From contig JBAZOO010000011.1 in the NCBI GenBank assembly GCA_041648735.1, positions 13,540 through 77,539 on the forward strand: a stretch of 64,000 nucleotides of DNA, in the 5' to 3' direction. The DNA comes from Lentisphaeria bacterium. GTDB lineage: Bacteria; Verrucomicrobiota; Lentisphaeria; Oligosphaerales; CAITYL01. The notes under the pieces were generated by a model. The model searched no databases and was not told where the DNA came from. It worked only from the letters and a program-made list of their open reading frames with translations. This document shows, in pieces, positions 51,901-60,720 of this stretch. The position numbers were made by a program, and so were the translations under genes. Position 1 is the stretch's first letter. Every line of letters begins with the position of its first letter.

Positions 51901-53910
51901 TCAGCCGTTCCGCCGGCGGAGCAGCCCGACCGCGCCGAGGCAGAGCAGCGCCAGCGCCGCCGGCTCGGGGACGACGGAGATGCCATTGAGCACGATGGAC
52001 GAGCCTGTGTCCGTCAACGTCAGCGTGCCGCTGGGGGTGAACCCAAGGGCGGTGATGTCAAAGTCCGGGGTGAGATCCAGCGTTCCGCCCGCCGTCGTGT
52101 AGGTGAACAACGTGGTCGTGCCGCCGTCCTGGTAGCCGGTCGTCAGAGTCAGGTTCCAGCCGTCGTTCAGGGTCAGCGTGCCATTGACGTCCACCAGGTC
52201 GCCGCCCTCGAAGATCGCCGTGGCGCCCGCGGTGCCGACGCCGCCGGTGAGGCTCAGGTTGGAGTTGAAGGTCAGGGTCCCCGGGCTGGTGCCGGGGGCG
52301 AGCTTGCCGCCGCTGTTGACGGTGGTCGCGCCGCCAATGATGCCGGAGCCGCCCAGGGTGGCCGTGTTGGCCACGGTGACCGCCCCGTTTGCGGCGGAGT
52401 TGTCGCCGTTGACGACCAGCGTGCCCACGTTGACCAACGTGGTGCCATCGTAGGTGCTGTTCCCTTGGAGCGTCCAGGTGCCGGCGCCGTCCTTTTGCAC
52501 GTTGGTCGCGTAGGTTGTGCCGTCGCTGATGACGCCGGTGACCTTGCTGCCGGTGGAAGTGCCGTCCAAGAGAAGCCTATTTGCGCCCGTTCCGGCACTG
52601 GTATTGGTCACGCTGGCGATGGTCAGGTTGGCTGTCGTCGGGTTAAACTTGGCAGTTTTCGAGTTGCCGCCGATGGTGACGGCGCCCACGGCCAGGCTGT
52701 AGCCATTGGCGCCGGTGACATGCAGGGTGCCGCCGTTCGCGCCGGTGGTGACGTTCCCAAGAGCAAGAGTCTTGTTGGTGCCCGTGCCGCTTTCCCGGTC
52801 CACGTCAATCGTGCCATTGACACCGCTGGCACCACTGATGACCAGATTGTTGCCATAGGTCAGCGTTTGGCTGCTGGAGTCGTTCTGCCCGTTGGCACGG
52901 AGCTGCAAGATGCTGCTGCCGGTATTGGCGCCGAAGGTGACAATATTGCTGCTGTTACCCAGACCATTTGTCGTAATGGTTTGGTTGCCTGCTCCATAGA
53001 CAGTCGAATCGGTTACACGAACCGTCGCTGCCCCGTTGTTGATCGTCATGCCGTGCGTGCTGTCACCGAAGGTATTGGCACCGGAAATCACGGTTGTCCC
53101 CGTCCCGCCGACGCTGAATCCGCCTGTTGCCCCGGAGATTGCGCCGCTTATGGTCAGCGTGCCGTTGTTCGTGATGTTAAAGCTGGCCCCGCTGCCGTTT
53201 ACGATCAAGCTGCCGCTAAGCGTGAGCGAGCCGGCATCGACGTTGAGACGCGAACCGATGCCTCCGGCTTGGGCATTAATGGTGCCCGCCCACTCATTGC
53301 TGCCGCTGATGTTTCGCAGCGCACCACCGTTGGAAATCCCCGCGCCGTTTAACGCGAGAGTTTCGCCCGTGACGGTAATGCCTCCCTGAAGTTGGAGCGC
53401 GGCGCCGCTGGTTATCGAGGTGCTTCCAGCGGTGCTGCCCAAGGCCGTGTTATTTTGGATGTTCAGGATTCCGGCGCTGATCGTGGTTGTCCCGCTATAG
53501 GTATTCGCGGTGGAGATGGTCAGCGTGCCGGTGCCGCTCTTGGTCAGCGTGCTCGAACCGCCAATGGAGCCGGAACCAGTGAAGCTCCAATTGCCGTCGT
53601 TGGCCCCGACCGTGACGGAAGTGGGACTGACCGTGCCGGAGATCGTGATGGCTTCGCCGGTGGCGGCGTCGAACACGGCGGCGTTGTCGTCGGTCCACTC
53701 GACCGGGCCGGGCAGCCAGTTGGCGTTGCCGGTGGTGAGCGACCAGGTGTCGGTGGGGCCGGCGATGTCCCAGGTCAAAGTCGCCGCCGCGGCGAAGCCC
53801 GCCGTGGCGAGCGCGGCGCTGGCCGCCACCAATCCCAGTCTCAAGGGTGTCGTCGTCGTCCTGCGTGGCATGGGTTGCCTCCTGGTGTGGGTGTTGAGGG
53901 TCAGGTTCAT
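51901..53910 (-). CDS. PEP-CTERM-anchored surface protein with autotransporter-associated beta-strand repeats
   Basis: Repeated ..G.LT.SG.I.G...L.K.G.GTLTL.. units, and a C-terminal VPEPAALALLCLGAVGLLRRRNG sorting signal. Confidence 0.85.
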   Translation of the reverse strand: MNLTLNTHTRRQPMPRRTTTTPLRLGLVAASAALATAGFAAAATLTWDIAGPTDTWSLTTGNANWLPGPVEWTDDNAAVFDAATGEAITISGTVSPTSVTVGANDGNWSFTGSGSIGGSSTLTKSGTGTLTISTANTYSGTTTISAGILNIQNNTALGSTAGSTSITSGAALQLQGGITVTGETLALNGAGISNGGALRNISGSNEWAGTINAQAGGIGSRLNVDAGSLTLSGSLIVNGSGASFNITNNGTLTISGAISGATGGFSVGGTGTTVISGANTFGDSTHGMTINNGAATVRVTDSTVYGAGNQTITTNGLGNSSNIVTFGANTGSSILQLRANGQNDSSSQTLTYGNNLVISGASGVNGTIDVDRESGTGTNKTLALGNVTTGANGGTLHVTGANGYSLAVGAVTIGGNSKTAKFNPTTANLTIASVTNTSAGTGANRLLLDGTSTGSKVTGVISDGTTYATNVQKDGAGTWTLQGNSTYDGTTLVNVGTLVVNGDNSAANGAVTVANTATLGGSGIIGGATTVNSGGKLAPGTSPGTLTFNSNLSLTGGVGTAGATAIFEGGDLVDVNGTLTLNDGWNLTLTTGYQDGGTTTLFTYTTAGGTLDLTPDFDITALGFTPSGTLTLTDTGSSIVLNGISVVPEPAALALLCLGAVGLLRRRNG

Positions 53911-54131
53911 CGTCCTCTCCTGTTTTTGCCGCTGCCGCGGCACGGTTGCGATCCGGTTTGGGTTGGGTTGGGCTGGGCTGGCGCGCCGTGGCGGCGGCCG
54001 GCGGCGTAAGGTCGTGTAACTCTTACGCAATGGGGCAAGTATATAACTCGGACCGGCCGTTGTCAACCAGCCAGTCCAAAAAAAACGCCGCCAAGCTGGA
54101 AAAGGCGGCGGCCGGCACGCCAGGGGCAGGG

Positions 54132-54692
54132 TCAGGGAAGGTCCGGCCCGGCGGCGGCCAGGATCGCGGCGGCGGCGGCGGCCAGGTCGGCGGCCAGGGT
54201 CTCGGCCGCGGTGGCGGTGCCGGGCTCGCCGATGCGGACGGCGCGGCAGCCGGCGGCGTGCCCGGCCGCCACGTCGCTCTCCTTGTCGCCGACCATGAAG
54301 GAGTGGCGCAGGTCGAGGGCGAGGGCGGCGGCGGCCCGGCGCAGCATTCCCGGCTGCGGCTTGCGGCAGTCGCAGGCGTCGGCGGCGAGGTGCGGGCAGT
54401 AGTCAATGGCGGCCAGGGGGACGCCGTGGGGGGTGAGCAGTTCCTGGAGCCGTTCGTGCTGGGCGTGGAGGAGTTCGCGGCTGAAATAGCCGCGACCGAT
54501 GCCGGACTGGTTGGTGACCAGCACCAGCAGGAAGCCGGCGTCGTGGAGCCGGCGCAGGGCTTCTCCGGCGCCCGGCAGCAGGTTCACCCCCTCGACGGTG
54601 GCGAGGTAGCCATGGTCGGGGATCAGGGTGCCGTCGCGGTCGAGGAAGACGGCGCGGCGTTTGGGGATGGGGGTGGGGGCGGGTGGGGGCAT
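54132..54692 (-). CDS. gmhB: D-glycero-beta-D-manno-heptose 1,7-bisphosphate 7-phosphatase (HAD-IIIA)
   Basis: FLDRDGTL, VTNQSGIGRGYF, CDCRKPQPGM and VGDKESD motifs. Confidence 0.85.
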   Translation of the reverse strand: MPPPAPTPIPKRRAVFLDRDGTLIPDHGYLATVEGVNLLPGAGEALRRLHDAGFLLVLVTNQSGIGRGYFSRELLHAQHERLQELLTPHGVPLAAIDYCPHLAADACDCRKPQPGMLRRAAAALALDLRHSFMVGDKESDVAAGHAAGCRAVRIGEPGTATAAETLAADLAAAAAAILAAAGPDLP

Positions 54693-54693
54693 G

Positions 54694-54758
54694 GCCGATT
54701 TTCGATTTTCGAATGCCGAAGGCCGAATGCCGAATGCCGATTTTCGAATGCCGAATGG
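54694..54758 (-). repeat. intercistronic spacer built almost entirely of GATTTTC / GAATGCC-type short repeats
   Basis: GCCGATTTTCGATTTTCGAATGCCGAAGGCCGAATGCCGAATGCCGATTTTCGAATGCCGAATGG fills the lemA-gmhB gap and ends 1 nt from the gmhB ATG. Confidence 0.8.
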
Positions 54759-54764
54759 TTCCGG

Positions 54765-55337
54765 TCAGAACTTGACGGGCGGGGCTTCGCGCTCGGCGGC
54801 GGCAATCTGCCAGAGTTCGCGCGGGCGGAAGTGGAAGAGGCCGGCGATGAGGTTCTTGGGGAAGAGGCAGATTTCGGTGTTGTAGACGGTGGCGCTGTCG
54901 TTGTAGTTCTGGCGGGCGAAGGAGATCCGGTTTTCCGTCGAGGTCAGCTCTTCCTGGAGCGCCTTGAAGTTCTCGTTGGCGCGGAGCTGGGGATAGGCTT
55001 CGACTTGGAGCATGAACCCGCGCAGGGCGCCGCCGAGGGCGGTCTCGGCCTGGATCTGGGCGCCGACGCCTTCGGTGCGGGCGTCCAGGGCGCGGGAGCG
55101 GGCGCGGGTGACGTTTTCCAGCAGCCCCTTCTCGTGGGCGGCGTAGCCCTTGACCGTCTCCACCAGGTTCGGGATGAGGTCATGGCGGCGCTTGAGCTGG
55201 ACGTCAATCTGGGCCCAGCCGTTGTCCACCAGCTTCTGGCGGGCCACGAGGCCGTTGTAGATCCCCACGGCCACGAGGCCAGCGAGGCCGGCGGCGGCGA
55301 GGAGGATCAGGGCGACGAGAAGGGTGGGGGCAATCAT
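54765..55337 (-). CDS. lemA: LemA-family membrane protein
   Basis: N-terminal TM helix, ..YNGLV..R..V...W.QIDVQLKRRHDLIPNLVETVKGYA.HEK..L..V..AR.. is the canonical LemA pattern. Confidence 0.9.
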   Translation of the reverse strand: MIAPTLLVALILLAAAGLAGLVAVGIYNGLVARQKLVDNGWAQIDVQLKRRHDLIPNLVETVKGYAAHEKGLLENVTRARSRALDARTEGVGAQIQAETALGGALRGFMLQVEAYPQLRANENFKALQEELTSTENRISFARQNYNDSATVYNTEICLFPKNLIAGLFHFRPRELWQIAAAEREAPPVKF

Positions 55338-55486
55338 GGGCGCACCTCCGGGGAGCGGTTTCCCGCCACGATACCGCCGGACGCGGGGAAGTCAACTGCC
55401 TGGGGAATCCGGCGCGGGCGCCGCGGGCGGGATTATAGTTCCCCTTTCCAACCCATATTTTCCGCAACCTCGAGGATGGATTCGCC

Positions 55487-57136
55487 ATGGAAAAATTGGA
55501 TCGCCTGCCCCGTTTCCAGCCCCGCCGCGGCCCGGTCGTGCTGGTGATCATGGACGGCGTCGGCTACGGCAAGTTCGCCGAGGGCGACGCCGTGCGCTCC
55601 GCCCTGAAGCCGAACCTGGACTGGCTGCACGGCAACTGCCCGAACACGCGGCTCAAGGCGCACGGCACGGCCGTGGGGCTGCCGAGCGACGCCGACATGG
55701 GGAACTCGGAGGTCGGCCACAACGCCATCGGCTGCGGCCGCGTCTTCGACCAGGGCGCGGCGCTGGTCAGCAAATCCATCGAAGGCGGCGCCCTGTTCCA
55801 GCGCGAGAGCTGGCGCGAGATCACCGGCAACGTGCTGGCGAAGGGCTCGACGCTGCACTTCCTCGGCCTCCTTTCGGACGGCAATGTGCATAGCCACATC
55901 GACCATCTGCGGGCGATGCTCCGCCAGGCGAAGGCGGAGGGGGTCAAGCGGATCCGAGTCCACATCCTGCTGGACGGCCGCGACGTCGGCGAGACTTCGG
56001 CCCTGGACTACGTGGAGCCCTTCGAGGCCTTCCTCCGGGAGCTGGACACCGACGGCTGCGACTACCGCATCGCCTCCGGCGGCGGCCGCATGCACATCAC
56101 CATGGACCGCTATGGCGCCGACTGGAGCATGGTCGAGCGCGGCTGGAAGACGCACGTCCTCGGCGAGGGGCGGCAGTTCGCCAGCGCCCGCGAAGCGATC
56201 GAGACCTACCGCCGGGAGACCGGGGCGATCGACCAGGACCTGGGGGCCTTCGTCATTGCCGAGGGCGGCCAGCCGGTGGGGGCGGTCGCCGACGGCGATT
56301 CGGTGGTGTTCTTCAACTTCCGGGGCGACCGCGCCCTGGAGATCACGGCGGCCTTCGAGCAGGACGCCTTCGACAAGTTCGACCGGATCCGCCGGCCCCA
56401 GGTCTGCTACGCCGGGATGATGGAGTACGATGGCGACCGGCACGTGCCCAAGCGCTACCTGGTGGTGCCGCCGGCCATTGACCGGACCATGGGCGAGTTC
56501 CTCTGCGCGCTCGGGCTGCGCACCCTGGCCGTCTCCGAGACCCAGAAGTACGGGCATGTCACCTACTTCTACAACGGCAACAAGTCGGGGAAGATTGACG
56601 AGAAGCTGGAGGAGTATGTGGAGATCCCGTCGGACGTGGTGCCCTTCGAGCAGCGGCCGTGGATGAAGGCGGCGGAGATCACCGACCTGGTGGTCAAGGC
56701 CATTGCCGCCGGCAAGCACGACTTCATCCGCCTGAACTACCCGAACGGCGACATGGTCGGGCACACCGGCGTCTATGCCGCGACGCAGGTCGCCGTCGAG
56801 ACGGTCGACCTGGGGCTCGGCCGGCTCATGAAGGCGGTGGCGGCGGCCGGCGGCGTGCTGGTGGTGACCGCCGACCATGGCAACGCCGACGACATGTTCG
56901 AGCACAAGAAGGACGGCGCCGTGCTGGTCGAGAACGGGGTGAAGAAGGTCAAGACCGCGCATTCCCTCAACCCGGTGCCCTGCATCATCTACGACCCCGA
57001 GGGCAAGGGCGAGTACGCGGCGGAGCTGCGGACCGGGCTGGGGATCAGCGCCATCGCCGCCACCTGCCTGAACCTGCTGGGCTACCAGGCCCCGGCCGAC
57101 TACGATCCGAGCGTGCTCGACTTCCAGGAGGACTGA
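55487..57136 (+). CDS. gpmI: 2,3-bisphosphoglycerate-independent phosphoglycerate mutase
   Basis: VLVIMDGVG, MGNSEVGHNAIG, LLSDGNVHSH, YPNGDMVGHTG and TADHGNAD motifs. Confidence 0.92.
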   Translation: MEKLDRLPRFQPRRGPVVLVIMDGVGYGKFAEGDAVRSALKPNLDWLHGNCPNTRLKAHGTAVGLPSDADMGNSEVGHNAIGCGRVFDQGAALVSKSIEGGALFQRESWREITGNVLAKGSTLHFLGLLSDGNVHSHIDHLRAMLRQAKAEGVKRIRVHILLDGRDVGETSALDYVEPFEAFLRELDTDGCDYRIASGGGRMHITMDRYGADWSMVERGWKTHVLGEGRQFASAREAIETYRRETGAIDQDLGAFVIAEGGQPVGAVADGDSVVFFNFRGDRALEITAAFEQDAFDKFDRIRRPQVCYAGMMEYDGDRHVPKRYLVVPPAIDRTMGEFLCALGLRTLAVSETQKYGHVTYFYNGNKSGKIDEKLEEYVEIPSDVVPFEQRPWMKAAEITDLVVKAIAAGKHDFIRLNYPNGDMVGHTGVYAATQVAVETVDLGLGRLMKAVAAAGGVLVVTADHGNADDMFEHKKDGAVLVENGVKKVKTAHSLNPVPCIIYDPEGKGEYAAELRTGLGISAIAATCLNLLGYQAPADYDPSVLDFQED

Positions 57137-57154
57137 GCCGGACCGGGGATGGGG

Positions 57155-57209
57155 CGCCCGCCGCCGCCTTGCCGGCGGGGGCAATAAAAGTTTGGGGCGG
57201 GCGTTTTTT
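57155..57209 (+). terminator. possible intrinsic terminator after gpmI (branched GC stem followed by T6)
   Basis: CGCCCGCC ... GGCGGGCG TTTTTT. The long internal loop makes it atypical. Confidence 0.35.
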
Positions 57210-57278
57210 GGTTGAAGGCGCGCCGCCGGACGGTCCGGGCGGTGCGGACTTCGCAACCGCCCCGAGAAGGAATCCCCC

Positions 57279-57650
57279 ATGAAACCGACAGCGATCCTCC
57301 CCGCCGCCCTGCTGGCGTTGCTGGCCACGGCGGCCGTGCCGCTCTTCGCCCAAGCTGAAGGCGGCGCACCACCGGCGACCCAGGAACAGCCGGCACCGGG
57401 CGGCAAGAACCGCGAGATTCACGGCAAAGGCCGGTGGCAACGTGGCGAAGGCCGTGGCGCAAAGGGCCTGACCCTGCGCGAGCGCATCGAGAAGTGCGAA
57501 CGGCTCACGGCCGAACAGAAGGCGGAGCAGCGGGAGGCCGCGCGGAAGTTCCGCGAGGAACAGCGGGGCGAGACCCGCGGGCGGCTCCAGAAAATGCACC
57601 GGGAAGGCCGGCCGGAAAGCCAGCCCGCGGGTGGCGAAGCCGCGAAGTGA
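57279..57650 (+). CDS. small secreted protein with an LTXXQ motif (Spy/CpxP-like?)
   Basis: Signal peptide MKPTAILPAALLALLATAAVPLFAQA. Highly charged helical body containing LTAEQKAEQ. Confidence 0.55.
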   Translation: MKPTAILPAALLALLATAAVPLFAQAEGGAPPATQEQPAPGGKNREIHGKGRWQRGEGRGAKGLTLRERIEKCERLTAEQKAEQREAARKFREEQRGETRGRLQKMHREGRPESQPAGGEAAK

Positions 57651-57885
57651 GCGGTGCCATCTTTTCCCCTGACGCCAGCGGCGGCCGGAGCCTCACGGGT
57701 TCGGCCGCCGCCGGTTTTGGCGGGCGGGGGTTTCGCCCGCCAGGCCGGGAAAACCGGGCCTGGGCCGGGCCGGCGGCCGGGCAAGTCCACCGCTTCTATC
57801 CGACTTGTAAAAACAGCCACGGCTTTTAGTTTATGGAAGGATGCATCGAGGGTGGCGGCTTCATTGGAAACGATTTCATCACACC

Positions 57886-59277
57886 ATGGACAACAACAGC
57901 CCACACGCAGCCGAGCCGAAGGCCAAGATCCTGGTGGTCGACGATGAGGTGAGCATCGTCGAAGTGCTCAAGGCGCTCCTCAAGCGGGAAGGGTTCCAGG
58001 TCAAGACCACCGGGGACGGCACGGCGGCGCTGAAAATGCTGGGCGAGGAGCCGTTCGACCTGGTGATCTCCGACATCCGGATGAAGCCGATGGACGGCAT
58101 CTCGCTCTTGCAGCAGATCCGCCAGATCCAGAGCCACATCGCGGTGATCATGATGACCGCCTACGCCACCGTGGAAACCGCCGTGGAGGCGATGAAGGAG
58201 GGGGCGTTCGACTACATCTGCAAGCCGTTCAAGATTGACGAGCTGCTGCTCACCGTCCAGCGGGCCCTCTCCTGCGAGCACGCCTTGGCCGAGAACGAAG
58301 TGCTGAAGGAGAGCTTCCGCACCACCAAATACCACTACGGCATGGTGGGCGACAGCGAGAAGATGGAACGGGTCTACGAGCTGGTCGAGCGCGTCGCCCG
58401 CACCGAGAGCACCGTGCTGCTCATGGGTGAGACCGGGATCGGCAAGAAGATGGTGGCCAAGGCGTTGCACGCCGCCAGCCGCCGGGCCGAACAGCCTTTG
58501 CTCTTCCTCAACTGTGCCTCCCTGCCCGAAACCTTGCTGGAGACCGAGCTGTTCGGCTTCCGCAAGGGGGCCTTTGACGGGGCCGTCAGGGACAAGAAGG
58601 GGCTGTTCGAACAGGCCAGCGGCGGCACCTTGGTGCTCGAGGAGATCGGCTCCATGCCCCTGGGGATGCAGTCCAAGCTGCTCAAGGTCCTCCAGGAACG
58701 GGCGATCCTGCCGCTGGGCGCGGCGCAGCCGCTGCCGGTGGACGTCCGGATCATCGCGACCACCAACGAGCATCTGGAGGCGAAGATCAAGTCGGGGCAG
58801 TTCCGCGAAGACCTCCATGTCCGGATCAGCGTCATCCCCATCGAGGTGCCGCCCCTCCGGGACCGGCCCGGGGACGTGACCTTGCTGGTGAACCATTTCC
58901 TGGGGCAGATCAACGAGCGGGAAGGCAAGCGGCTCACCCTCGAGAAGCAGGCGTTCCGGGCCTTGAAGAACTATGACTGGCCGGGCAACGTCCGGGAGCT
59001 GGAGAACGCGCTCACCCGGGCCGGCGCCCTTTGCCAGGGGAACCTGATCACCATCAACGACCTGCCGCCCGAGGTGCAGGTCGCCGGCACCCGGGAGGAC
59101 ACCGCCGCCAGTGACGCCGCCACCCAGCTCCGCGGCGTCTCCCTCAAGGCCTTTCTCCGGGCCAAGGAACACGACTACATCCAATTCGTGCTCAACCAGT
59201 GCGGCGGCAACAAGGAGAAGGCCGCCGAAGCCCTCGGCATCAGCCTGGCCACCTTCTACCGCAAGTATGGGGAATGA
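57886..59277 (+). CDS. sigma54-dependent response regulator (NtrC family: REC + AAA+ + Fis-type HTH)
   Basis: ILVVDDE...DLVISDIRMP-like REC, GETGIGKK Walker A, GAFDGA (GAFTGA-like), and a C-terminal ..GGNKEKAAEALGISLATFYRK HTH. Start at ATG 57886. Confidence 0.9.
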   Translation: MDNNSPHAAEPKAKILVVDDEVSIVEVLKALLKREGFQVKTTGDGTAALKMLGEEPFDLVISDIRMKPMDGISLLQQIRQIQSHIAVIMMTAYATVETAVEAMKEGAFDYICKPFKIDELLLTVQRALSCEHALAENEVLKESFRTTKYHYGMVGDSEKMERVYELVERVARTESTVLLMGETGIGKKMVAKALHAASRRAEQPLLFLNCASLPETLLETELFGFRKGAFDGAVRDKKGLFEQASGGTLVLEEIGSMPLGMQSKLLKVLQERAILPLGAAQPLPVDVRIIATTNEHLEAKIKSGQFREDLHVRISVIPIEVPPLRDRPGDVTLLVNHFLGQINEREGKRLTLEKQAFRALKNYDWPGNVRELENALTRAGALCQGNLITINDLPPEVQVAGTREDTAASDAATQLRGVSLKAFLRAKEHDYIQFVLNQCGGNKEKAAEALGISLATFYRKYGE

Positions 59278-59278
59278 G

Positions 59279-59824
59279 ATGAACGGGCGCGGCCGGCGGC
59301 TGGCTTCAATTGGTGGCGCGTGGCGGGCCATCGCCATCGGCTTTGGGGCCATCGTGCTGTTGGCGGGCTGCGGACTCCGCAACCGTTCCTTGGCCGAGGG
59401 CGGCCGCCCCCGGGCCGAATACTGGCTGGCGATCTACCGCCTGGCCCCCGCCGGCACCGCCGATGGCGTGCCCACCCACGAGCTGGCCGACTTCACCGGC
59501 AAGCCTTACCGCGTCCTCCAGTCCCCCGTGCTGACCTCCGCCTTCATTCCCGCCGTGGAAGCGGTGCCGGGGGAGGGCGAAGCCGGCCCTACCGCCTTGA
59601 AGCTGGCGCTGGACGGCACGGGGCACAAGCTCTGGTTCCAAGCCTGCCACGACCCTGCTGGCGACACCGCCGTGCTGGTGGTCGATGGCTTTGTCCGCGC
59701 CACCTTCCCGCTCCGCCGCGACCAGGCCGGGTGCGAGTCCCTGGTCGTCCCCGCCGCCTGGGGTGCGGCCGAGGCGGCGGGGATCGTCCAGCGCGCCCCG
59801 CGGAATTACCGGGCGGTCCGCTGA
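59279..59824 (+). CDS. hypothetical lipoprotein
   Basis: The ATG is 1 nt after the regulator's stop. Lipobox VLLAGC. No family recognised. Confidence 0.6.
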   Translation: MNGRGRRLASIGGAWRAIAIGFGAIVLLAGCGLRNRSLAEGGRPRAEYWLAIYRLAPAGTADGVPTHELADFTGKPYRVLQSPVLTSAFIPAVEAVPGEGEAGPTALKLALDGTGHKLWFQACHDPAGDTAVLVVDGFVRATFPLRRDQAGCESLVVPAAWGAAEAAGIVQRAPRNYRAVR

Positions 59825-59925
59825 GCCGCCGCCGGGGGGCGGGGGGGAGGGTGGCGGCGCTTGTGCCCCTTGCCCCTTCCCCCTTTCGCGCGCCGTCGCC
59901 GCGCCTTGGAGTGCGGCGAGGATCG

Positions 59926-59966
59926 CCCGCTGGAGTTCACGCTTCAGCGTGGGCTCGGAAAGCGCC
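59926..59966 (-). repeat. 41-nt dispersed repeat, copy 2 (inverted relative to 1425-1465)
   Basis: The reverse complement GGCGCTTTCCGAGCCCACGCTGAAGCGTGAACTCCAGCGGG matches 1425-1465 at 38 of 41 positions. Confidence 0.75.
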
Positions 59967-59986
59967 ATCTTCATCTGTCCCCCGCC

Positions 59987-60175
59987 GCCGCCAGCGAACG
60001 CCTTGTCCAGTACATGGCCCGCTGCCCCTTCAGCCTGGAACGCTTCGTCAACGTCAGCCCCGAAGGCCAGGTCTTCCACCGCCATCGAGAAGATCCTGCG
60101 CCACACCGGCCTCTGGCGCGACCCCCAGCCCGCGCCCCGCCGCCCCCGCCCAAGGAGGAACCGCTGCCCGCAAGC
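59987..60175 (+). pseudogene. degraded fragment resembling the C-terminal region of an IS91-family (Y2/HUH) transposase
   Basis: Frame A reads ..ERLVQYMARCPFSLERFVNVSPEGQVF... The adjacent frame reads ..IEKILRHTGLW... Frame A then resumes with ..PARAPPPPPKEEP... These motifs are recalled from IS91-type transposase C-termini. They are joined by frameshifts or a deletion, and no intact ORF remains. Confidence 0.4.
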
Positions 60176-60204
60176 ACTCCGCCGCGGCTTCCCCGCCAGC
60201 GTCC

Positions 60205-60278
60205 TTCTTCCCCAATCCCCAACCCAAAATCGGCAATCCAAAATCCAAACCGGAGTACGACTGACCTGGGCGATTCAT
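60205..60278 (+). repeat. 74-nt segment X, copy a (C/A-rich leader ending in ATG)
   Basis: Identical to 63927-64000. It contains CCCCAATCCCCAACCCAAAATCGGCAATCCAAAATCCAAACC low-complexity sequence, like other leaders in this window. Confidence 0.9.
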
Positions 60279-60347
60279 GAACCGCACTCCGCGGCGTCCT
60301 CCGTGCCCCCCTGAGACCTCTGTGGTGAATAATTTCAGGTCACGGGT

Positions 60348-60376
60348 TTGACGCCCCGATTCCGGCAGGATAAAGT
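60348..60376 (+). promoter_or_regulatory. sigma70-like promoter candidate (TTGACG-17 nt-TAAAGT) pointing into the low-GC cassette region
   Basis: Hexamers and spacing read directly. No credible protein gene lies between it and repeat copy R1. Confidence 0.4.
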
Positions 60377-60556
60377 CCCGCCATGCAGCGTCACCTGTGG
60401 GAACCGCAACCGTACGCCCGAAAACCGGCCGGGAACATGCCAAACCTCACCCAAAACCCCACGCCGCCCCATTCCCCCGCCGGAACCCTCTCCGGCGTCG
60501 CCGCCACGTCGGTGGAATCGCCGATTTCGGGGTCAGCTTCACCCTCTCACCCCCCG

Positions 60557-60603
60557 TATCCCCCCCGTCCGATCCCCCCCCTGAAATCAAAATTCCTATC
60601 AGT
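60557..60603 (+). repeat. direct repeat R, copy 1 (2 mismatches to copies 2 and 3)
   Basis: TATCCCCCCCGTCCGATCCCCCCCCTGAAATCAAAATTCCTATCAGT. Confidence 0.9.
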
Positions 60604-60720
60604 AACTGGGAGATCAAGGGAGTTGAAACCATATTGAGACTGCGGATTGCTGAGCTGACGAAAACGGACCTCGAACAATCTCCTGCAGGCGACGTCCTAA
60701 AGGCCGCGCCTGAGGAGTAA

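Noticed and set aside
55433-57406. 657-aa ORF on the - strand
   Set aside because: Antisense shadow of gpmI.
60276-60347. 23-codon ORF starting at the ATG that ends segment X (and a 29-codon TTG ORF at 60634-60720)
   Set aside because: Both are too short and featureless to call. The X-terminal ATG more likely marks the start of a real gene at the second copy (63998), which continues beyond the window.
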